A stretch of DNA of 60,508 nt, taken from NCBI GenBank assembly GCA_038087875.1, contig JAXLNO010004401.1, forward strand, positions 3,493-64,000, read 5' to 3'. The position numbers and the translations under genes are program-made. Origin of the DNA: Malacoraja senta (taxonomy: Eukaryota). The stretch's first letter is position 1. Every line of letters starts with the position of its first letter. Under the pieces are notes generated by a model that ran no database searches, was not told the DNA's origin, and saw only the letters and a program-made list of their open reading frames with translations. This document shows, one piece after another, positions 46,096-57,700 of the stretch.

Positions 46096-49000
46096 CCCCC
46101 ACCCAAAGATACTGAATACGTTTCGGAAGAAGAGAGAAAAAACACCACCAAATCCCAGAAAATATTCAGGAGCTGAAACTCCACTGGCGCGACAAGGCAT
46201 CAGCCAAGACATCATCCTTGCCACGGATATGCCTGACCTCTAGGTTGTAGTCTTGCAGCTGCAAACTCCAGCTCATTAACCGCCGGTTCTTATTCTTCAT
46301 ACTTTTCAAAAATACCAACGGATTATGATCCGTGAGTACAATGACAGCGACATTCCAGGAGCCAACATATACCTCGAAATGATTCAGAGACATTAAAATA
46401 GCAAGGGCTTCTATCTCAATGGTGGAGTACCACTTCTGATGACGATTAAACTTCTTTGAGAAGTACGAAATTGGATGCTCCACCCCATCTGAATCATCCT
46501 GTAGAAGAACTCCCCCAACCCCACGATCACTAGCATCCACTGCCAGCTTAAATGGACGATCAAAATCAGGTGCCGCAAGCACTGGTGCGCGCACCAGAAG
46601 ATTTTAGTATGATCAAAGGTTTGTTGACACCCTGCGGACCACACAAAAGCTACCTTCGGACTCAGCAAATCCGTCAAAGGGGCAGCTACCGCAGAGAAGT
46701 TTCGACAGAATCCTCTATAGTACCCAACCATAGCCAGATACCTACGGAGTTCAGTCGAGGTTGGAGCAGGAAATGCGACAATATGCTCCACCTTTTCCTT
46801 GAGAGTACGAACCTGACCCCGGCCCACCACCTTACCCAGATACGTTACCGTGGCCTGGCCAAACTCACACTTCCCCAGATTGATATTGAGCTTTGCCTCC
46901 GCTAGACGATGAAATACCTCCTTCAGATGACCGATGTGTTCGATCCACGACCTGGAGCACACAACCAAATCATCAAGGTATGCCTCACAAAAGGACAAAC
47001 CAGACGTTCACCAACCGTTGGAAGGTTGCCGGCGCATTGCGCATCCCAAATGCCATTACTGTGTACTGCAGAAAGTTATCAGGCGTAACGAACGCTGAGA
47101 TCTCCCTCGCCCACCTAGTCAAAGGAACTTGCCAATACCCTTTTAACAAGTCCAACTTAGACACAAAAGATGCACTTCCCACACGATCCACGCAATCCTC
47201 CATTCGTGGGAGAGGATAGCAATCCGGCTTAGTTACACCATTCACTTTCCGAAAGTCCGTGCAAAACCTGTCCTCCCCATTAGCCTTCGTTGCCAATAGA
47301 CACGGAGAACTCCACGGACTACAAGTAGGTTCAGCAATGCCATGCCGCAGCATAGAGTCAACCTGACTCCATAGACGATGACGCTTGTCAGGGTTGACCC
47401 GATACGGATGCTGTTTAATTGGCGCAGCACCGGCCACGTCAATGTCATGCTGCAGTACAGATGTCTGAGAAGGCTCATCCGAGAACAGTGACCCATTTGA
47501 CTCCACCAAAGCCAGCAGATCACCCCGCTGACTTTCAGTCAAATGAGACAACCGCAAGGGAAGCGACTTCAAAGCCTCAGAGCCTTCCCTACGTCACTGC
47601 CTCCGACAACCGTGCCTCTCCCACATCACCACCCGTGTCAGGGGGCAGCACCACTGCAGCCAAAACAGGCTTAGACGAAACCGAAGGACACAGCACCTCC
47701 CCATCAACCTCCACAGGCTCCTGCTCATGGTACTGCTTCATCATGTTGACATGACAGAGCTGAGTCTTTCGCCTTCGATCAGGGGTACCAATAACATAAT
47801 CCCTTTCACCAACCTTCTTAACCACCGGATCGGGACCGCTATACCGAGCCTGTAGACTGGAACCAGGAATAGGCAACAACACCAGGAACTTGTCACCTGG
47901 AGAAAAAAATCCTACTAGAAGCCTTCCTGTCGAACCACCCCTTCATCCTAGACTGAGCAGAAGCAAGATTACCCATTGCCAGTTCGCAAGCCCTCTTCAG
48001 TCGAGACCGAAAGGTACAGACGTGGTCTAAAATACTTCGTTTAGTATCCTCCTGCAACCATTTCCCCTTTAGGACCGTCAACGGACCACGTACAGTATGC
48101 GCGAACACCAGGTCAGCAGGACTGAACCCTAAAGACTCTGCACCATCGGAACAGCCGTCACCTCAGGAGTAACTAAAACTCTACTTCCTGCCAAGTCATT
48201 CCCCAAAATTACTGAAACTCCCCCAACGGGAAAACACGGCCGTAACCCAACAGTTACCCGGCCTGAAACCAACTCGGACTCGAGACTCACGGTATGCAAA
48301 GGCACTACCATGCCCTCCATCCCGAATCCTACCACAGGGGCACTTGACCCAACCGATGATTCCACAGAAAACGGCAGTACACTATCCAATATAAAGGACT
48401 GAGTAGCACCAGTATCACGTAAGATGGATACTGGAACTCTATCACTCCCATCCTCCAGAGAAACAAAACCATTCATGATGAACGCAGAATAATTCCTACA
48501 CTCATCAGACTCAGGCACCTCAGGTACCACAGGTGCCTTCTGTGTACCCACCAAAGCCACAGGCTTTGCATTTTTCTGCTTCAGAACGGGGCACGCCTTT
48601 AACATGTGCCCTCTCCCTCTACAATAGTAGCAAACAGGACCTTCATTAGTCCTCAAATTTCCATCAACCTTATGAGCTCGGACCTCCCACTGTATCAACG
48701 TGCTGCCACTTGCAGGCACAGAAACACCTTTGACACTGCCACCGGCGACACCACCACGATCAACCGGCCGTGCACCAAAACTATAGGAGCGCCCAACAAA
48801 ATCAGTTTTATGAGTCAATAAATACTCATCTGCCAGCACCGCGGCCTTAGACACCTCATTCACCTTCTGCTCATTAAGGTAAGTAGTAACCCTCTCAGGG
48901 AGACAGTTCTTAAAGTCTTCCATAATAATCAAGGCCCGCAGTTACCCAATATCCTTCACTCCTTGAGAAGCGCACCACCTGTCAAAAGGTGCCTCCTTCT

Positions 49001-49871
49001 CCCTTGCAAACTCCACATAAGTCTGACCATCAAACTTCCTAAAGCGCCAGAATTTCTGCCGGTACGCCTCTGGAACTAATTCATAAGCCCTTAATACTGT
49101 AGACTTCACACACTCATAGTCCAGACTGCTTTCAACAGACAAAGACGAGTACACCTCCCGTGCTTTACCCACAAGGACACACTGCAATAGCAAGGTCCAC
49201 ACGTCCCTAGGCCACTTCAGTGATATAGCAACACGGTCAAACAAAGTGAAATATTTATCAACATCTATTTCACTGAACGGTGGAACCAAACGAATATTCC
49301 TGCTCACATCAAACTCCCGTTCCCTAGAAGAAACCCGGGAGGCATCCAATTCCTTCTCCCGCAGCCTAATCACTGCCCTCTTGGTTTCCTCCTCAGCCCC
49401 ACGCAGCTGAATCTCTGCTCTTTTGGTCTCCTCCTCTGCTTTTGCCAGCTCAAACTCCTTCAACCTAATGACTGCCTCCATGTCCTGACCAGGCTGAACA
49501 GAAGGTGTGGGACTGTCTGCACAGCCAGGCAAAACCCCACCCTCCACCAACGCAGCCCACAACACCGATTTAATGGACTGTTTCCTTGAATGTGGGTTAA
49601 TAGGCACTTCATAGTTCTCAGCCAGAAAAATCAAATGCTCCTTCGTACATCTATCAAACAACTCCCGACTAGGAGCCTCAATAAAGTCCTTCCCTTTAAA
49701 CTCCATATCAAATGTAGCACCAAACCACCAGCTAAACACTGGGCACCAATGCTACCACAAACAGGGAAGAAACATTTCCCTCACAACACAGACTTCCTTA
49801 CTCACCAGAAGCCTACTAAAAAAAAACCAAACACGTCTAGGGTCCTCAAAACTCAGGACGAACCCCCATGT

Positions 49872-50455
49872 TGTTACGACTCCCGAATACAGGTACTTCA
49901 GAGCCGCGTAACATAATTCAAAAAACAGGTTCAAGTTCAAAAGTAGTTTTAATTATTCAATGGAACACAAAACCCAAACCTGATTCAAACAACCCAGTCA
50001 GGGATATGGATGGACTGACAAACAATTTAACAATGCTCCAGCCAGCCACGTGATGGACCGTCGAACCGGAGACTCTAAAACCTGCCTAAAGAGATATAAC
50101 CCTGTAACAAAATACACGAAAACACTAAGGTCAGCCGTTATCCGTCCCAATTCAATATTTGTTAATAAGTAATGGTGAAAGCACACAAAGTTCTATGCCA
50201 GGTGGACAGGCCTTCCGCAGCTCACTCCAGCAGTCAGCTCACAAGTCAGGGTCGACGAAGAAGGGGCAGAATCCTCGGAGCCTCTGGTATTTAAGCTTCA
50301 GATGAGTCACCCATCACCTGACGCAGCTTGGCCAATCGGGTACAGGAGCCTTTTAACCCCTTGATTCCAGACTCACAGCCACAAGGCCTGCACTCGGGAA
50401 AGAAACAGAGAAAGGTAAGTACATAGCCTTCACCAGGGGGGGGAAGCGCCTAACA
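49872..50455 (-). repeat. 5' LTR of the left gypsy (584 bp)
   Basis: TGTTAGGCGC...GTCGTAACA on the minus strand; PBS immediately internal. Confidence 0.95.
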
Positions 50456-50600
50456 ATCAGTACCACCACAGTGTGCCCCTCCATCAGTACCACCACAGTG
50501 CGTCACTCAACCAGTACCACCACAGTGTGTCCCTGCGTCAGTTCTGCCCCATTTTTATCCCTCCATCAGTACTATCTCACTGTGTCCCTCCATCCGTGGG
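50456..50600. repeat. ATCAGTACCACCACAGTGTG-type minisatellite (mirrored at ~57045-57189)
   Basis: Four to five degenerate ~26-bp units. Confidence 0.85.
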
Positions 50601-51491
50601 CGGAGAGAGGGCAGTCCAAAGAGGGGGAATAGAGAGTATAGGGGAGAGAGTAACAGTTCAGAGAGAGTGACAGCAGTAAGGATGGAGGGAGAGAGAAAGA
50701 GGGGAGGGAGAGGTGCTGCATCATTCGATGTTTTATTTAGGTTGAGGACAAGTCTGAGGCGGCAATGTTTCTGTTCTCTGAGTGTCGTGAGTCTTTGGGT
50801 CGTTCCTCCACAGAGTTGATGAAGGAAGGCAGAGAATGGTATTGTCCCATGGTATAGCCAGATCTATTCCAGGCAAGCAGGGAGTGAATGGTTCCCGGGG
50901 TCATTCAGCGGGAGTGTGGGGTTGAGGTCACAGTCAGTGAAGCCGCGATCATATTGAGTGGAGGGGGGGTGGGGTGGGGCATTTTAGTCTGAGGTGATGT
51001 GTTGAACTAATTCCTCAACCTGTGGACAAAGGTCGCCCAGTCCAGTTCACCTTCAAACTGGGCACCAGAAGCCCTGAGAGGGTCCCTGGAATTTGGCATT
51101 GCCTTGCTGAGTGAAACGGATTGAAGGAAATAAGTCAAACAACATGAAGTGGCGTGTTGGATCCGATGGAGTTTGAAACAATATCCCTTTTGATGGAACA
51201 TTGCCGCCGCTCCCAATTTCCATTCCTCAGTATCTATCGCCACAATTCCCAGTCTTTGGAGTTTCTCAATCAATTCCCTGAATAAATCACAACCTGTCTC
51301 AGCAGGCATTTCACTGGGCTGATGTCATCTGTTTGTGAATCATTTCAAAATCTCTATTTTTAAACTCTGTTGAAACTTCACTGTCCCAGTTGAGACGGAA
51401 AATGGTATAATATCTCCAGGAATGTTCTGTCCCAGCATTTCATTCCGAGACATTACCGGTGGCTCACGGGGACACGTCGCTGGGCAGAGAA

Positions 51492-51567
51492 ATGGGGGAA
51501 AAGCTGCGGGAATATGTCGACGTGGAGAAAATCCTGTACGTGATCATTGCTGACGTTGGAGTCCCTG
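51492..51567 (+). CDS. GPR139/GPR142-like GPCR exon 1, left copy (N-terminus and TM1 start)
   Basis: ATG at 51492, MGEKLREYVDVEKILYVIIADVGVP, then G|GTAAGT; phase 1 joins 53869 to give GVP-V-NLVAIVVLSRGKCG. Confidence 0.85.
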
Positions 51568-52301
51568 GTAAGTGAGCAGAGCAATTCAAGTTTTATAACT
51601 CCATCCGTGTATAAACTGGTGTTGGCCTGATTCTCATCATGTTACAAGTTCCCAACTGATGATCGTTGTACAAGAATATGTGAGGAATATCAATCCTCTC
51701 AGTGAAATATTTGTGAATTAACGCTGTGCTTTTTCTTATTTTCAGACAGCTTTTTCTCTCACTGCTGCCGGCCGGGAGCCACTAGAATGTTGTTCTTGCC
51801 TTCAGTGGGATTTTGCCCAGAGTTATCCTAGTGCTCGGGACAGTCAGGCAGGCAGGCAGCTCTCCGGGACGGTGTGACTGGGAGAGAGGGGTTCATATTG
51901 TGAAGTTCACTGTGTCTGAGTTATTGATCAGAGTGAACACCCGCTCCTGTAGACACTGTGTCTCACTGTGGAGTCTGTCTGTCACAGTCGGCTTCCACCC
52001 ACAGCCTGTTGGTCAATAATTGGATCGATCTCCTGAACCAGTGGCCGCGGATCTACCGGTGTGTGTGTATGTGTTGTTACTTCACCTGCACCATCTTGAG
52101 TCTGCGGAAATTAGCCGCTTTATGTCTAAACTAACCCGCCTAACTCAACCCCCCCCCCCCGCCCTGTCTCTGTGCTTTGGTGCAAAAATCCACACCGTCC
52201 ATACATGGGGATAATAAGTTGCATTCCTGGCACCGTCTGGATTTCGTGTGTGGGAAAGACCTGCAGATGCTGTTATAAATCGAAGATAGACACAAAGTGC
52301 T

Positions 52302-52425
52302 GGAGTAACTCAGCGGGACGGGCAGCATCTCTGGAGAGAAGGAATGGGTGACGTTTCGGATTCAGACCCTTCTTCAGTCCCATTCCTTCTCTCCAGAGAC
52401 GCTGCCTGTCCCGCTGAGTTACTCC
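52302..52425 (-). ncRNA. Foldback repeat (47-bp arms) with an intact hammerhead core in the loop
   Basis: Minus strand CTGAAGA-AGGGTCTGAATCC-GAAAC-GTC (52349-52377); arms 52302-52348 and 52379-52425 match at 45/47. Confidence 0.7.
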
Positions 52426-52862
52426 GCTTTCTGCGTCGACCGTCTGGACCAGAAGGGGTGGACTCTCATTTGCAACAATTGTGAAGGGCACCTTGTGTGG
52501 GGAGGGAGAGAAAGAGGAATATCAGGGATTATTGGATATGGCGGCCATTGTAGTGCGTTCTTCCCCCAGCTTTACCTTTACCTTTAGAAAGGAGATGAGG
52601 AGGAATTTCTTTAGACAGAGGGTGGTGAATCTGTGCAATTCATTGCGGCAGACGGGGGTGGAGGTCAAGTCAATGGATAGTTTTAAGGCGGAGAGTGATA
52701 GATTCTTGATTAGTGCGGGTGTCGGGGGGTTATGTGGAGAAGGGAAGAGAATGGGGTTGAGAGGGAAAGATATATCGGCCATGATTAAATGGCGTAGACA
52801 TGATGGGCCGAAAGTGTAAAGTGTTTAAGAAGGAACTGCTGGTGCTGGAAAATCGAAGGTAC

Positions 52863-53023
52863 ACAAAAGTGCTGGAGAAACTCAGCGGGTGCAGCAGCAT
52901 CTATGGAGCGAAGGAAATAGGTAACTATTTCCAGTCTGAAGAAGGGTTTCGGCCCGAAACGTTACCTGTTTCCTTCGTTCCATAGATGCTGCCTCACCCG
53001 CTGAGTTTCTCCAGCACTTTTGT
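52863..53023 (+). ncRNA. Foldback repeat (~63-bp arms) with an intact hammerhead core
   Basis: CTGAAGA-AGGGTTTCGGCCC-GAAAC-GTT at 52936-52963; arms 52863-52925 and 52961-53023. Confidence 0.72.
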
Positions 53024-53194
53024 CTACTCTTGTGTAAAGTCCTTTCAGAGTAATTTCCCTTATCTGTGCTGAATGCTAACCTGGTTCTGGAAGGGCAGAG
53101 TTTGGGGATAATGCAATAGATGAAGTAGTTTGCATCAAGAAGCCATTGGGATAACCTCAGTGGAAGCTTGAGAGTGATGAGTGGTGGGTGTGGA

Positions 53195-53400
53195 ATTCTC
53201 TGTCTCAGAGGGGCGGTGGAGGCCGGTTCTCTGGATGCTTTCAAGAGAGAGCTAGATAGGGCTCTTAAAAATAGCGGAGTCAGGGGATATGGGGAGAAGG
53301 CAGGAACGGGGTACTGATTGGGGATGATCAGCCATGATCACATTGAATGGCGATGCTGGCTCGAAGTGCCAAATGGCCTCCACCTGCACCTGTTGTCTAC
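53195..53400 (+). mobile_element. CR1 3' end fragment
   Basis: TTCAAGAGAGAGCTAGATAGGGCTCTT...GGGGATATGGGGAGAAGGCAGG...GATCAGCCATGATC, as in the 3' end of the 4252-9100 element. Confidence 0.85.
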
Positions 53401-53868
53401 TGAACTCACTGTGGAATGAATCCATTAACGGAGCCACTCTGTTGCCGAATTCCATGTTGTCCCTGCCTTCCCTCTGGAAGCCTCCTCGTCCCCATCAGAT
53501 GCCGAGTTCCCAGAGCCCTGGTCAAACGCGGCCGGCCGCTCACGGTTAAGTCTGTGAAAGCGGCCCCATCACAGACTTTGAGCAGCAGCAGTGTTAACTA
53601 TAGAAAGGACCATTACGCCTATTGTAGCGGGTGGCGGCTGCTCGTTCCCTCCCCGCCCTTTACCCGCCCGCCCGTCGCCTTATCTCTTCTCCCCTGAAGC
53701 AGGCAGGCAGGTCGGGCACAGTCGGAGCCGGCTCTGACATTGTTAAACTTGCAGCAGCCGCGCACCGAATCCAACACTCCTGATCTTGAGCTGAAAGTCG
53801 AGCCGGTGTTCAGCCCCGGAGACCGTGTTGAGTAAATGCCCAGTGTCCGTTCCCTTGTCTTTCCGCAG

Positions 53869-54573
53869 TGAATTTAGTGGCGATTGTGGTCCTGTCCCGG
53901 GGAAAGTGCGGCCAATCCACCTGCACCACTCGCTACCTGGTGGCCACGGCAGCGGCCGATCTACTGGTCGCCATCACCGGGGTCATTTTGTATCGGATCC
54001 GAGAGCATTACTTTTATTGGAGTTTCGTGTCCATCACCCCTGTGTGCAGTGTTAACTATGTACTGAAGTTTGCAGCTATAGACTGTTCTGTCTGGTTCAC
54101 CGTCACTTTCACCTTTGATCGCTTTGTCGCCATTTGTTGCCAGAAGCTGAAAACTAAATATTGCAGCGGGAAAACTGCGGCTGTGGTTCTGGCAACCGCC
54201 GGCGTTCTGTTCTGTGTGAAAACCATTCCCCGCTACTTCACACTGGAACCATGGTATATCATCGACAATGTCCCGTGGGGCTGTGACACGGTGGACAGTT
54301 ATTTCACTGACCCCGGTGGGTGGCATTTGACTGGATCGACACGGTTTTAACTCCGTTCCTCCCTTTCGCTGTAATACTGCTGCTCAACGCTCTGACAGTC
54401 CGCCACATTTTAGTGGCCAGTCGGGTCCGTAAGGGGCTGAGGGGTGAGAGCAAGGGGGAGAACCGCAGTGACCCGGAGATGGAGAGCAGGAGGAGGTCTG
54501 TGGTTTTACTCTTCACCATCACCGGCAACTTCATCCTCCTGTGGCTGACGACGGTTGTAGAATTCGTCTATTA
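53869..54573 (+). pseudogene. GPR139/GPR142-like GPCR exon 2 (TM1 end to TM6), with a 1-nt frameshift near 54315 and truncated by a gap
   Basis: Acceptor CTTGTCTTTCCGCAG; NLVAIVVLSRGKCG, AAADLL (TM2), PVC, FTFDRFVAIC (TM3); frame switches at DPG to WVAFDWIDTVLTP..LLNALTVRHIL..ESRRRSVVLL; N run 54574-54773. Confidence 0.88.
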
Positions 54574-54773
54574 NNNNNNNNNNNNNNNNNNNNNNNNNNN
54601 NNNNNNNNNNNNNNNNNNNNNNNNNNNNNNNNNNNNNNNNNNNNNNNNNNNNNNNNNNNNNNNNNNNNNNNNNNNNNNNNNNNNNNNNNNNNNNNNNNNN
54701 NNNNNNNNNNNNNNNNNNNNNNNNNNNNNNNNNNNNNNNNNNNNNNNNNNNNNNNNNNNNNNNNNNNNNNNNN
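54574..54773. other. Assembly gap at the centre of the inverted duplication (other gaps: 3322-3540, 26875-27016, 29906-30051, 42033-42201)
   Basis: Runs of N. Confidence 1.
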
Positions 54774-57700
54774 CACTTTTGTGTACCTTCGATTTTCCAG
54801 CACCAGCAGTTCCTTCTTAAACACTTTACACAAGAGTGCAGCTCGCAGGAGCAGAAGCAGGCCATTCGGCCCATCATGTCTACTCCGCCATTCAATCATG
54901 GCCGATATATCTTTCCCTCTCAACCCCATTCTCTTGCCTTCTCCCCATAACCCCCCGACACCCGCACTAATCAAGAATCTATCACTCTCCGCCTTAAAAC
55001 TATCCATTGACTTGACCTCCACCCCCGTCTGCCGCAATGAATTGCACAGATTCACCACCCTCTGTCTAAAGAAAATTCCTCCTCATCTCCTTTCTAAAGG
55101 TAAAGGTAAAGCTGGTGGAAGAACGCACTACAATGCCGCCATATCCAATCATCCCTGATATTCCTCTTTCTCTCCCTCCCCACACAAGGTGCCCTTCACA
55201 ATTGTTGCAAATGAGAGTCCACCCCTTCTGGTCCAGACGGTCGACGCAGAAAGCGGAGTAACTCAGCGGGACTGGCAGCATCTTTGGAGAGAAGGAATGG
55301 GACTGAATCCGAAACGTCACCCATACCTTCTCTCCAGAGATGCTGCCCGTCCCGCTGAGTTACTCCAGCACTTTGTGTCTATCTTCGATTTATAACAGCA
55401 TCTGCAGGTCTTTCCCACACACGAAATCCAGACGGTGCCAGGAATGCAACTTATTATCCCCATGTATGGACGGTGTGGATATATGCACCAAAGCACAGAG
55501 ACAGGGGGGGGGGGTTGAGTTAGGCGGGTTAGTTTAGACATAAAGCGGCTAATTTCCGCAGACTCAAGATGGTGCAGGTGAAGTAACAACACATACACAC
55601 ACGCCGGTAGATCCGCGGCCACTGGTTCAGGAGATCGATCCAATTATTGACCAACAGGCTGTGGGTGGAATCCGACTGTGACAGACAGACTCCACAGTGA
55701 GACACAGTGTCCACAGGAGCGACTGTTCACTCTGATCAGTAACTCAGACACAGTGAATTTCACAATATGAACCCCTCTCTCCCAGTCACACCGTCCCGGA
55801 GAGCTGCCTGCCTCCCTGCCTGTCCCGAGCACTGGGACAACTCTGGGCAAGGTCCCACTGAAGGCAAGAAGAACATTCTAGTGGCTCCCGGCCAGCAGCA
55901 GTGAGAGAAAAAGAGGGTTAGTTTCAGCGTTAATTCACAAATATTTCACTGAGAGGATTGATATTCTTCACATATTCTTGTACAACGATCATCAGTTGGG
56001 AACATGTAACATGATGAGAATCAGGCCAACACCAGTTAACACACGGATGGAGTTATAAAAACTTGAATTGCTCTGCTCACTTACCAGGGACTCCAACGGC
56101 AGCAATGATCACGTACAGGATTTTCTCCACGTCGAAATATTCCCGCAGCTTTTCCCCATTTCTCTGCCCAGCGACGTGTCCCCGTGAGCTACCGGTAATG
56201 TCTCGGAATGAAATGCTGAGGCAGAACATTCCTAGAGATTTTATACCATTTTGCGTCTCCACTGGGACAGTGACGTTTCAACAGAGTTTAAAAATAGAGA
56301 TTTAGAAATGATTCACAAACAGATGACATCAGCCCAGTGAAATCCCTGCTGAGACAGGTTGTGATTTAATCAGGGAATTGATTGAGAAACTCCAATGACT
56401 GGGAATTGTGGCGATAAATACTGCGGGATGGAAATTGGGAGCGGCGGCATTGTTCCAGCAAAGGGGATATTGTTTCAAACTCCATCAGATCCAACTCTCC
56501 ACCTCATGTTGTTTGTCTGATTTCCTCAATCCGTTTCACTCAGCAAGGCAATGCCAACTTCCAGGGACCCTATCAGGGCTTCTGGTACCCAGTTTGAAGG
56601 TGGACTGGACTGGGCGACATTTGTCCACAGGTTCAACACATCACCTCAGACTAAAATGCCCGCCCCCCTCCACTCTGCTTCACCACTCAATATGATCGCG
56701 GCTTCACTGACTGTGACCTCAACCCCACACTCCCGCTGACTGACCCCGGGAACCATTCACTCCCTGCTTGCCTGGAATAGATCTGACTATACCATGGGAC
56801 AATACCATTCTCTGCCTTCCTTCATCAACTCTGTGCAGGAACGACCCAAAGACTGACGATACTCAGAGAACAGAAACATTGCCGCCTCAGACTTGTCCTC
56901 AACCTAAATAAAACAGCGAATGATGCAGCACCTCTCGCTCCCCTCTTTCTCTCTCCCTTCATCCTTACTGCTGTCACTCTCTCTGAACTGTTACTCTCTC
57001 CCCTACGCTGTCTATTCACCCTCTCTGGGCTGCCCTCTCTCCGCCCACTGATGGAGGGGACACAGTGAGATAGTACTGATGGAGGGATAAAAATGGGGCA
57101 GAACTGACGCAGGGACGCACTATGGTGGTACTGATGGAGTCAAACACTGTGGTGGTACTGATGGAGGGGCACATTGTGGTGGTACTGATTGTTAGGCGCC
57201 CCCCCCCCTGGTGGAGGCTATGTAATTACCTTTCTCTGTTTCTTTCCCAAAGTGCAGGCCTTGTGGCTGTGAGTCTGGAATCAAGGGGATAAAAGGCTCC
57301 TGTACCGGATTGGCCAAGCTGCGTCAGGTGACGGGCGACTCATCTGAAGCTTAAATACCAGAGGCTCCGAGGATTCTGCCCCTTCTTCATCGACCCTGAC
57401 TTGTGAGCTGACTGCTGGAGTGAGCTGCGGAAGGCCTGGCCACCTGGCATAGAACTTTGTGTACTTTCACCATTACTTATTAACAAATATTGAATTGGGA
57501 CAGATAAGGGCTGTTTTCGTGTATTTTGTTTCAGGGTTATATCTCTTTAGGCAGGTTTTAGAGTCTTCGGTTCGACGGTCATCACGTGGCTGGCTGGAGC
57601 ACTGTTAAAGGTGTTTGTCAGTCCATCCATATCCCTGACTGGGATGTTTGAATCAGGTTTGGGTTTTGTGTTCCATTGAATAATTAAAACTACTTTTGAA

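Larger units (their letters stand above)
45523..50455 (-). mobile_element. Gmr1-like Ty3/gypsy LTR retrotransposon, integrase core deleted, frameshifted
   Basis: LTRs 49872-50455 and 45523-46095; PBS TGGGGGTTCGTCC; gag WPRDVW..YELVPEAYRQ; CCHC; protease LRDTGATQS; IN tail GFSPADLVF/YSGP; RT HPYRV/DFRKVN/LDLLKGYWQV/YLDD; RNase H VDASDRGVG; PPT TTTGGGTGGGGG. Confidence 0.95.
48130..52871. repeat. Left arm of the large inverted duplication (homology interrupted further out by the integrase deletion)
   Basis: Reverse complement of ~54774-59495, including gypsy gag, the identical LTR/flank junction, minisatellite, GPCR exon 1 and intron repeats; about 12 differences in a 165-nt sample. Confidence 0.95.
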
